Below are positions 8,214 to 16,035 of a stretch of DNA of 64,000 nt, piece by piece (the stretch's first letter is position 1; every line of letters begins with the position of its first letter). The DNA comes from Candidatus Aldehydirespiratoraceae bacterium (GTDB lineage Bacteria; Actinomycetota; Acidimicrobiia; Acidimicrobiales; Aldehydirespiratoraceae): assembly GCA_965204595.1 (NCBI GenBank), contig CBDBEW010000005.1:742565-806564 (forward strand), read 5' to 3'. The notes beneath the pieces were generated by a model that was not told the origin of the DNA, made no database searches, and worked only from the letters and a program-made list of their open reading frames with translations. Made by a program: the position numbers and the translations under genes.

Positions 8214-9164
8214 TCAATTGCGGGCAGGTTGTTTGAACAGATTCTCGTAGTGCCAATCAATGTGTTCGTTGGCGGGTGGTGGGTAGCCGCGTTGGGGGGG
8301 CCGCATCGGCTCGCGTGACAGCGCGAGTAGTGGACGTGACGATGCTTCTTCGAACACGTTGAGGTGTTGACTCACCAGAATTTCGCGCTCGCCGCCGCGC
8401 ACGCCGAGTCCGAGCGCTCCACTATCGAAAAGTCGGTGATGTAATGCACACAGCGCCAAGCCGTTCTCTATCACGCTAGGGCCTTGTTTTGAATGCATGC
8501 GCAAGTGGGCGGCATCAACACTCACCGAACTTCCCCCCAAGAGTGCTCCAAAATCGCAAAATGAACACTTGTATTCGTAGGCCAACAGAATCTTTTCGCG
8601 GAACCGAGAATCACGTCGAGGCGTTTTGATCTCGGTTAGCAATAGCCCAAGTCTGCTCAGGACATCATCGTGTACCGACGCCGGGAACTCAGACTCGAGA
8701 AGAAAGTGAACGATTCGATCACGCTGCCTTGTGTCCTGTAGTGCTGCCACGAACTTGGCCGATACTCGCCCAGTCGCCTCTCGACGTAAGAAGCTGACGG
8801 TTTCACGTTTGGGTGCAGACATGGACGGTTTCAGAGGTTCCGACATCGCAAAGATGTCGGAACCGTTTTGATCCTTTACCTGCCAAAGCTCGGGCCTGCT
8901 ACCCAAGTAAACGAATGGGTGTTCGGGCTTCGGCGACGTATTCCCGACCCGGTGCTCTTCGAGCAGTCGTCTTAGGTCAGACTCAGCGTCTGCGAACCGG
9001 ACCTCAGGACTCTCTCCATTGCTCAGCCGCGCGATCAACCAAAGCAACAGCAGCGGCTTGTATGGCGCACGTTTGCCCATTGCGCTTCTGTGTTGCGGAA
9101 TCGATCGGATCACATCGATCCACGCTTCCGCACAGTTGGCATCGGCTGTCATGCCAAGCATCAT
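8214..9164 (-). CDS. HNH (HNH_2-type) endonuclease, ScoMcrA/SprMcrA-like putative phosphorothioate-DNA-binding type IV restriction enzyme, paralogue 1
   Basis: 316 aa. C-terminal CSFCDF....VDAAHLRMHSKQGPSVIENGLALCALHHRLFDSGALGL is a classic HNH_2 signature. The N-terminal GKRAPYKPLLLLWLIARL ... PEHPFVYLGS.PELWQV matches my recollection of the sulfur-binding-domain-HNH family (..HKPLLLL.., ..YPF..L..DG.W). Domain identity is from memory, not computed. Confidence 0.65.
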   Translation of the reverse strand: MMLGMTADANCAEAWIDVIRSIPQHRSAMGKRAPYKPLLLLWLIARLSNGESPEVRFADAESDLRRLLEEHRVGNTSPKPEHPFVYLGSRPELWQVKDQNGSDIFAMSEPLKPSMSAPKRETVSFLRREATGRVSAKFVAALQDTRQRDRIVHFLLESEFPASVHDDVLSRLGLLLTEIKTPRRDSRFREKILLAYEYKCSFCDFGALLGGSSVSVDAAHLRMHSKQGPSVIENGLALCALHHRLFDSGALGLGVRGGEREILVSQHLNVFEEASSRPLLALSREPMRPPQRGYPPPANEHIDWHYENLFKQPARN

Positions 9165-9618
9165 ACACGCTGCTGAGCAAGGTGTAGAATAGCCATGTCC
9201 ATTATCGGTGAGGAGTGCTTTGAGATGAGATCGGGTAGGAGCAGTTTTGGACGCGCTCCCAGATTGGGATCGACCCGGTCTATCGTGCGATGCCAGCGGT
9301 CAGGGCTTTCAAACCTTGCCGCATTGGTCTCGTCGGGTTCAAACTACACGAGTGGCGCGTGATGATCGAGCACTCTATGACCCGGCGTGACAGCGAGTCG
9401 AGACGATCCGCTCTATCCGAGGTGATCTGCCTGCCGGAGTGGAATGCAGCGTACCACTGTCTGGGGATACAAGTTCCGCCGGAAATCGGGGGAGTCGCGC
9501 AGTTTTTGCCACCACTCCTTGAAACCGCTGAAGGTCGTATCTACGGTGATGCACCGACTCGAATATTCTGGTATAGTTCAATCTAGACCATCAATCGTGT
9601 CATAGGAGGCGATGGAAC

Positions 9619-9897
9619 ATGGTTGAAGTGCTCTCAGACGAGATTTGGACAGTAGCGGCGGCGAAGGCGAGGCTGTCGGAGGTGCTGCGGTTGGCTGAGG
9701 AGGAAGGTCCGCAGCGAATTGGGAAGCGTAAGCGGTTCGTGGTCGTGTCTGAGCACGCGTGGAACGCAAAGACGATTCGCTGCAAGCACATGGGGCAGTG
9801 GTTGGTGGAGAAGATGCCGAGAGGTGCGGATCTCGCGTTGCCCGACCGCAACGAACCAGATCGGGAGACATCCTTCGCTGACTTGGAAGATGCGTGA
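9619..9897 (+). CDS. Phd/YefM-type antitoxin (partner of the decayed vapC, copy A)
   Basis: 92 aa. MVEVLSDEIWTVAAAKARLSEVLRLAEEEGPQRIGKRKRFVVVSEHAW is typical of prevent-host-death family antitoxins. Its stop overlaps the GTG of the downstream PIN gene (GTGA). Confidence 0.8.
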   Translation: MVEVLSDEIWTVAAAKARLSEVLRLAEEEGPQRIGKRKRFVVVSEHAWNAKTIRCKHMGQWLVEKMPRGADLALPDRNEPDRETSFADLEDA

Positions 9898-10325
9898 CTG
9901 GGTGGCTGATCGACACGAACGTGGTGTCGGAGTTGGCCGCGCCCGCTTCAGAGCCTCGCGTTGTCGCGTTTCTTTGATCCAGTGGCGACCTTTGGATTTC
10001 GGTGATCGTCATCCATGAACTGCACTGCGGTCTGAGGTAGCTTCCGTCGGGTCGTCGTCGTGACCAACTCACCGACATCTTGTCGGTGTTTTTAGGCGAG
10101 TACGCCGATCGTATTCTCCCGATTGCACTCAGCGAGGCTGAACGGGCTGCCGATCTGCGCGCCCTGGCACGCAGATCGGGTCGCACCGTGAACCTTGCTG
10201 ACGTTCTGATTGCAGGCACTGCTTTGGTTCACGGCCTGGGTATTGCGTCTCGAAACACGTCTGACTTTGCCGGTCACGGCATCGCACTGACCAACCCTTG
10301 GGATTCCCCGACGGTGTTGATGTAG
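9894..10325 (+). pseudogene. vapC: vapC (PIN toxin) copy A, inactivated by two in-frame nonsense codons
   Basis: In frame from GTG 9894: VTGWLIDTNVVSEL..FL*SSGDLW..GLR*LPSGRRRDQL... TGA at 9975-9977 and TAG at 10038-10040 stand where intact copy B has CGA (Arg) and CAG (Gln). Confidence 0.85.
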
Positions 10326-10823
10326 GTGATGTCACCAACCCAGACACTGTTGGCGTGTCCGACACCGAAGTCGCGGCGCACCGAGAATGGTTTCTTTGCG
10401 ATGCACAGAACCAGAGAGCAGGAACTGCGCCAACGAAGTATGGGTTGTGTCGCGGATTGGGTCGCGCAGAAGGCGTGGACGATAGAGCACTATACGAGCC
10501 TGCACGCAGTTGCAGGGAACTTGTAATGGCATTCTGTCAGAGTCTAATCTTTTCGTGACTAGATTGGGACAGGAGTGGTGGGTGTCTGTGGTTGAAAGCT
10601 TAGAGATCGCTTTTGGTGATCCCGTCTTGAAGTTTGTGACACGCGTGGCACGTCAGAGAGGCCTTTGTAGACGACTTCCACGAGAACAACGACACACAAC
10701 ACGTCGCTGTTGAAGTCGCTCACTCGCTAGGGGAGTCTCAACTGGGGTCGTCCATATCAATCGGTTCTGTATGCCCAGCGTTAAACGACCGCAGTTGCAA
10801 GGCCGGGTTATCTGTAAATGTAG

Positions 10824-10849
10824 ACAGCCCCGGCGTGTGCCGGGGCTGT
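10824..10849. terminator. GC-rich hairpin (11-bp stem, GTGT loop)
   Basis: acagccccggc-gtgt-gccggggctgt. No T-tract follows, so function as an intrinsic terminator is uncertain. Confidence 0.35.
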
Positions 10850-10930
10850 TGGCCCGAGGCTACTCACCCCGGGGGCGTAACAAAATAATATCACACACAA
10901 CCGTAGATCGGTCGACTATTTTGATGAACT

Positions 10931-11554
10931 ATGCAAATTGAACGGTTAATCGCTTACGTTGATGGCTTCAATCTCTATTATGGCCTGCGGACAGCACGCC
11001 TAAACACTTCACGCTGGCTTGATATTCACGGCTTGTGCTTGTCGTTGTTGAATTCCACACAACAACTTGATTTGGTTCGCTACTTCACCACGAGAGTCAA
11101 AGCCGATCCCAAAGCCGCCGATCGCCAGGCGATCTTCATCGACGCATTGTTGGCACGTGGGGGGATTGAGATCGATTACGGCCACTTTCTCTCGAAGAGA
11201 ACGAAATGTCATGAATGTGGTGTTGTCGTTAGGAAGCACGAAGAGAAAAAGACTGATGTCAACATCGCGGTCCGCCTTATTGAAGATGCTTATGACGACC
11301 GTTTCGACACAGCTCTGCTAATCTCAGGTGACAGTGACCTCGTCCCCCTTGTTGAATCGCTGCGAACTCGATTCTCAAGCAAGCAGATCGTCGTGGCGGC
11401 ACCGCCGAACCGTTGGTCCACGCAACTCGCACAGGCTGCGAATGCGGCGTTCCAGATATCGCCTCTTACAATCCGATCAAATCGATTGCCCGACCCTGTG
11501 AAGACTTCTGATGGAGTGATGTTGCGCGCTCCAGTGGGCTGGTTACCGCGATGA
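10931..11554 (+). CDS. NYN (LabA/DUF88-like, PIN-fold) domain protein
   Basis: 207 aa. AYVDGFNLYYG... KKTDVNIAVRLIEDAYDDRFDTALLISGDSDLVPLVESLR is the NYN-domain acidic-residue pattern. It lies in a lower-GC segment. Confidence 0.75.
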   Translation: MQIERLIAYVDGFNLYYGLRTARLNTSRWLDIHGLCLSLLNSTQQLDLVRYFTTRVKADPKAADRQAIFIDALLARGGIEIDYGHFLSKRTKCHECGVVVRKHEEKKTDVNIAVRLIEDAYDDRFDTALLISGDSDLVPLVESLRTRFSSKQIVVAAPPNRWSTQLAQAANAAFQISPLTIRSNRLPDPVKTSDGVMLRAPVGWLPR

Positions 11555-11850
11555 TAGTGGACAGTTGTCCGATTTGCTCGGAGAACACCCTCTCTTGTCG
11601 AGGTGCAGTTATTGAAGGAAGGCATGGTCTAAACCATCAAGAGATTTGAGCTTTATTGTGAATGTAGATGGGGGAGAGAGTTAAGCAGGGGTTGCGTCAC
11701 GGCGACATAGAGCCGTCGGTGTATTGGCATTGATGAACACAAGATGTTCGTGGCGAGCTGGTAGTTACTCGGACTCTCGAGGCTCTAGTGAGACTTCGAT
11801 AGAGCCTGCACTACAAGCGTTTGTGGACGCACCATTCGAAAAGACTGAAT

Positions 11851-12273
11851 TTAGATTGCGTGTGCTTGTTCGGACAACTCGAGTTTCAATGCAACGCCTC
11901 GTTCCTTCGCGTCTCTCATTACAGATACGAAATCACGCCACAGCTCGGTCTCGCGATCATTTGGATTCAACAGGACGTGATCAACCCGGACCTCTTTGTT
12001 CGACAGCAACACTGAGATCCCGCCGAAGTGGTCTGCGTCCGCGTGGGGCAGCAGTACAGTGTCGATCTGCATGATGCCCTGCGCGGCGAGGAATCGAGAA
12101 GGCGTGTCACCGCGGCACCCATCGATCGCGTACACAGTAGGTGGGTCTGCGACTACAGTCGCGGCACCATCAGCGCGGAGACTGTGTACCGCGCTTGAGA
12201 CGCGGAGGACTCCGGCGGCGGACTCGAAGCAGGGTCGCAGAAGAAGTTGCCGAGTCCTGTGGTGTCGTTGCAA
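11851..12273 (-). CDS. Short metallo-beta-lactamase-fold protein (possibly a fragment)
   Basis: ..YAIDGCRGDTPSRFLAAQGIMQIDTVLLPHADADHFGGISVLL contains the MBL H.D.DH.GG motif. At about 140 aa it is much shorter than typical MBL proteins. The start is uncertain, and the IS3 element sits about 80 bp upstream. Confidence 0.4.
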   Translation of the reverse strand: MQRHHRTRQLLLRPCFESAAGVLRVSSAVHSLRADGAATVVADPPTVYAIDGCRGDTPSRFLAAQGIMQIDTVLLPHADADHFGGISVLLSNKEVRVDHVLLNPNDRETELWRDFVSVMRDAKERGVALKLELSEQAHAI

Positions 12274-12355
12274 ACCCCGAAGGTGCTGTGGGCAGGCGAA
12301 ACGCTCACCGCTGGGCCGCTACCGGCCCTTGACACAGAGGGCTCCTCCATAATGA

Positions 12356-13681
12356 TGAATCACACCGGGTTTGGTAGAGACTTGGTTTTGTGTGTGTCTG
12401 TTGGTTTGTGGTTGGGTTTTGATTGTAGTGGGTGTTTTGTGTTCGGTGGGGGTGGTGTATCGGCCACCTAGGAGTTGGCTGTGGCTGCGTCGGTGGTTGT
12501 ACCAGTCGACGTATTCGAGGGTGGCGAACTCGACTTCGCGTAGGTTTTGCCAGGGTTCGTGGGGGTAGATGAGTTCTGATTTGTATAGGCCGTTGAAGCT
12601 TCAGGTCATGGCGTTGTCGTAGCTGTCGCCCACTGAGCCGACCGAGGCGACGATGATGTTGTTGTCGTCGAGTCTGGTGCTGTAGCGGATGGACAGGTAT
12701 TGCGATCCGCGGTCGCTGTGGTGAACCGCTCGGTCGGTTCTGCGGCCGTCGCGACGGCGTGTGGCGATGGCCATGGTCTGACGCGTCGAGGGCCAGTTTG
12801 GTGTGTGGTGTGTGTGATGCCCGCCAGCGGAGAACACGACGCGAGTAGGTGTCGATGACAAACGCCAGATACACCCAACCGCAGCCGGTTCGCACCCGAC
12901 TGAGATCGGCGAGCCGCAACCGGTTTGGGGCGTCGACACCGAAGTGGCGGTTCACCAGGTCGCCGGGTGTGTCGCTGCCGACGGGTGGCGTGGTGGTGAC
13001 CGGTTCTTTGCCTCGGCGGGTGCCGACTAGCCCCATCTTAGACATCAAAGGTTCAACGGTGCAATCCGCCACCACCACGCCGGCGACGCGGTTGAGGTGG
13101 TCCCACATTTTCGCGGCAACATAGGCACTGTAGTTGGCTTCATAAACTCGCGCGATCAACAAAGCGAGCTGCGCGTCGCGCAAAGCACACGCCGACGGCG
13201 CCCGCTTGGTGAACGCGTAGTAGGTGGACGGGGCGATCTGTCGCCGTGCTCTGTGAGCACCGCGCAAAACAGGATCGAAGTCGAACCGGTGCCGGTAAGC
13301 GTCGATGAACGACACTACAACCTTGACTGACCGTCGAGCTCCACCCCGACCAAAGCCGAAGCCGCGGCCAAAATCTCGTTCGCTCGGCGCAGCTCACGGT
13401 TCTCGCGTTCAAGATCCTTACCACGCTCACGCTCGACGCTAGTCACCCCCACACGCACCGTTGTCGATCTCAAAACGATGCACCCACTTGCGCACCGACT
13501 CCACAGACAGACCCAGCTTCAAAGCAACCGAACAAATCGCGTCGGCGAGATCCATAAAGCCTCTCATTATCAAGCACCATCCTCACCGCCCGCTCACAAA
13601 GCTCAGCCAGATATCTTCTGTTGTTTGTAATAACTCCATCCTCTCAAGGAAAAAAGTCTCCACCAAACCCGGGGTGATTCA
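12356..13681 (-). mobile_element. Degenerate IS3-family insertion sequence (1326 bp)
   Basis: Terminal inverted repeats TGAATCACACCGGGTTTGGTAGAGAC (12356-12381) and reverse complement TGAATCACCCCGGGTTTGGTGGAGAC (ending at 13681). OrfA-like ..AELCERAVRMVLDNERLYGS.. and OrfB-like ..WVYLAFVIDTYSRRV.., ..HHSDRGSQYLSIRY..SVGSVGDSYDNAMT*SFNGLYKSELI.. lie in several frames with an in-frame TGA. The transposase is therefore non-functional as sequenced. Confidence 0.85.
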
Positions 13682-13775
13682 ATGCTTTCGGGTAGGTGGG
13701 GTTAGGGAGATGTGGTCGCAGCGATCGGTTCGGAGTCTATGTTTCGCCTGCCGAAAACGGCACCTTCAAGGGTGC

Positions 13776-14039
13776 TTATGCGCTCGCCATGTTGATCATG
13801 TGCTGGAGTTTGTCGCCGTGTTCTTGTTGTGTCGCGGCCATTGCGGCCACGCTGACTTTCAAAGTGCTGACCTCAATACCAAGCTTGTCAACCTTCTCTT
13901 CGAGTTTGTCTATTTTGGTGCCTAGGTCGTTGATGAGGTGCTTCATGCCGTCGACTAGGTGCTTCATAAAGTAGCCGAATCCTGCGAGTATGCCGGTTCC
14001 TAGTACGGTGATGATCGTTGCGATCAAGGTTATCTCCAT
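13776..14039 (-). CDS. Small membrane-anchored coiled-coil protein, paralogue 3 (no extra repeat unit, frameshifted C-terminus)
   Basis: 87 aa. Identical N-terminus, KIDKLE-EKVDKLG only. A 1-nt deletion relative to copies 1 and 2 (catgatcaacatgg versus catgatgcaacatgg on the coding strand) changes ..QHMMQHGERISTLEG.. to ..QHMINMASA*. The lost tail is still readable in the next frame. Confidence 0.6.
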   Translation of the reverse strand: MEITLIATIITVLGTGILAGFGYFMKHLVDGMKHLINDLGTKIDKLEEKVDKLGIEVSTLKVSVAAMAATQQEHGDKLQHMINMASA

Positions 14040-14288
14040 TGTTTATCCTTTCGTGATCTTAACACGCCTCCGCCGTGGCGGCACGATTTGGAATTGGTTT
14101 ATTTTAATTTAGGATACACCAAATGTTATTAGATAACAACACAAAGTTTGTTTAATCGGTGCGAAACCACTTCTCAAACGAGTCTCCAACGAGTGTATCG
14201 TTGCGGCAACCGCACGAAGTATTTTTCAAGGCAGTTCAACTGTATCCTCAAACAGTGGCGTTGATGTACTTTTGTGATCCAAACACGA

Positions 14289-15239
14289 TCAATGTCGTGC
14301 TGGGTGTTTGAAAAGGTTTTTGAAGTGCCAATCAATGTGCTTGGTGGCGGGGGGTGAATAGCCGCGCTGAGGTAGCCGCATGGGTTGGTTTGACAGCGCG
14401 AGAAGTGGACGCGAAGATGCTTGTTCAAAAATGTTTAGGTGTTGACTCACTAATATTTTGGGTCGATCCTCTTGTACTGTAAGCCCGATTGCGCCTCTGT
14501 CGAACAACTGATGATGTAACGCACATAGTGCTACGCCGTTTTCGATCACACTGGGGCCTTGCATTTCCCGTGTGCGAACGTGTGCTGCGGCTACACTCAC
14601 GGGACGGTCTCCTAGATAGGCTCCAAAGTCACAGAATGAACATCGGTATTCGTATGCCAGCAGAACGATTTTGTGAAACGATTCGTCTAACTCAAGCGAT
14701 TTCGTATCAGGTAGGCTGAGTCCAACTCTACCCAACAATTCTTCGTGTCTTGATTCTGGGAACTCCGACTCCAACAGGAAAGTGACGATTTGGTTACGTT
14801 GTATTGGGTCTAGGATCACTTCGGTGAACTCTTCAGAGACCCTGCCGGTTGCCTGTTGTCGTAAGAAGGTCACATTCTCACGTGCTGGGGTTGAGCTTGC
14901 AGAACTGAGAGGTGCTGACATCGCAAAGATGTTTCTCCCTCGAGTGTCTGTTACTTGCCAGAGCTTTGGTTTGCTTGCCAAGTAGACGAATGGATGCTCG
15001 GGCTTTGGACTTGAGTTTCCGACTTTAAATGTATTGAGCAAATCTCTTAGGTCAGTTTCGGCATCTTCAAACCGGAACTCAGGGTCGTGTCCATTGGTCA
15101 AACGACCGATCAACCACAACAGCAGTAGTAGTTTGTAAGGTGCGCGCTTGCCCGACGCATCCGTGTAAACCGTAATTGATCGGATCACGTCTATCCACAC
15201 GTCCGCACTGTTGGCATCGGCTGTCACGCCAATCATCAT
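14289..15239 (-). CDS. HNH (HNH_2-type) endonuclease, putative PT-DNA-binding type IV restriction enzyme, paralogue 2
   Basis: The track ORF (to 15575) has a 112-aa extension with no counterpart in paralogue 1. MMIGVTADANSADVWIDVIRSI.. at 15239 aligns with the paralogue 1 start MMLGMTADANCAEAWIDVIRSI... Same GKRAPYK(L/P)LLLLWLIGRL, PEHPFVYL and CSFCDF...AAHVR...ENGVALCALHHQLFDRGAIGL motifs. Confidence 0.65.
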   Translation of the reverse strand: MMIGVTADANSADVWIDVIRSITVYTDASGKRAPYKLLLLLWLIGRLTNGHDPEFRFEDAETDLRDLLNTFKVGNSSPKPEHPFVYLASKPKLWQVTDTRGRNIFAMSAPLSSASSTPARENVTFLRQQATGRVSEEFTEVILDPIQRNQIVTFLLESEFPESRHEELLGRVGLSLPDTKSLELDESFHKIVLLAYEYRCSFCDFGAYLGDRPVSVAAAHVRTREMQGPSVIENGVALCALHHQLFDRGAIGLTVQEDRPKILVSQHLNIFEQASSRPLLALSNQPMRLPQRGYSPPATKHIDWHFKNLFKHPARH

Positions 15240-15404
15240 AGTCGCCATCGACGGTGGCATGCACATGCTAGCTCCATTATCCACGGGGAGTGCCTTGAAA
15301 TCGGGTAGGAGCAGTTTTGGGCGCGCTCTCAAATCAGGACCGTCTCCGTCTATCGTGCGATGCCAGCAGGCAGGGCTTTCAAGCTTCGCCGCATGGAGTG
15401 GAGT

Positions 15405-15650
15405 TACACCGGTTTCGCCGATGGCGTGGTGTTCAATGAGTCGGTGCTGTTCGGCGACTGGCTTGAGGCGCATGGCATGTCGGTTGCGGATTTGGTGGGT
15501 TTGGCAACTGATTATTGTGTGCGTGTTACGGTTCTCGAAGCGGTGGGTTTTCGCATGAAGGTCTTGTGGGGGCATTGCGCGGGGTAGGCTGTTGAGAGTT
15601 CCGAGGCTGCGCTCACCGAACTCGCCGCCGCTGGTGTCACATTGAAGTAG
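15405..15650 (+). pseudogene. pncA: Nicotinamidase/pyrazinamidase (isochorismatase family) 3' fragment with in-frame stop
   Basis: YTGFADGVVFNESVLFGDWLEAHGMSVADLVGLATDYCVRVTVLEAVGFRMKVLWGHCAG*AVESSEAALTELAAAGVTLK* is collinear with the C-terminal half of PncA proteins (..YSGF...L..WL...GV..VDVVGIATD.CV......A...G....VL.DLTAGV....T..AL.EM..A.V.L). Internal TAG at 15585-15587. The N-terminal half is missing. Confidence 0.7.
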
Positions 15651-16035
15651 TTAGACTATTGACATAATCTTTTGAGTATATTGTGTTGTTACGTGTTACG
15701 TTTCCTTTTGGGTCTGGCTAGGTTTGATGTATGGATGCCGAAACGATAGCGCAACTGGTCTCGTTGATCTTAGCTGTGTTGGGTATTGTGACGCGTCCCG
15801 TATCACGGATTTCGTGACACCACATATGTATACGCGACGTCTTTGCGTGTCGATGTCAGAGCACCGGCTACTTGGCCTTGTCGGGGAGGCCGGAGCGGGT
15901 GGTGACCGCCTCACCGGCGATCTGCGCCTGCTTCGGCCTCGTCCGCAGTCTTGGCGGGGAGAGTTCGAGGTGTACCGGTACGGGTGGGCCTCGGCATCTT
16001 TCTTTCAGACTTGGGCCGTTCAGACGACGACCGGG

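Larger units (their letters stand above)
7580..9340 (-). repeat. Segmental repeat unit B: SNF2-tail-like remnant, HNH gene, AT-rich leader, coiled-coil gene
   Basis: Collinear with 13684-15400. The right boundary (about 9340) is approximate and judged by eye. Confidence 0.75.
13684..15400 (-). repeat. Segmental repeat unit C: SNF2-tail-like remnant, HNH gene, AT-rich leader, coiled-coil gene
   Basis: Collinear with unit B. The left boundary lies 2-3 nt from the IS3 right end. The right boundary abuts the pncA remnant. Confidence 0.75.

Noticed and set aside
9578-10219. 213-aa ORFs antisense to both vapBC copies (9578-10219 and 18077-18718)
   Set aside because: They are conserved only because the underlying vapBC modules are duplicated. 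Their composition is S/R/P-rich and they have no motif, whereas the sense strand encodes recognisable Phd-type and PIN proteins.
12305-13315. Treating the 336-aa ORF as an intact IS3 OrfB transposase
   Set aside because: Only the first ~190 aa look like a transposase. After ..VIDTYSRRVLRW the frame drifts into P/Q/H/T-rich nonsense, while the DDE region (HHSDRGSQYLS.., DSYDNA..) is in another frame and contains an in-frame TGA.
15255-15404. Extending the pncA remnant leftwards into this segment (weak ..IVRCQQAGLSSF.. resemblance to WP.HCV.GT.GA.F)
   Set aside because: It would need a frameshift and lacks the invariant D.QNDF region. The same DNA on the minus strand gives a better codon-level match to the SNF2 C-terminus and is shared with repeat unit B, which has no pncA. 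It remains ambiguous.
14289-15575. 428-aa version of HNH paralogue 2
   Set aside because: The first 112 aa have no counterpart in paralogue 1. They correspond to the dead upstream (SNF2-tail-like) frame fused in phase. The start at 15239 matches the paralogue 1 start.
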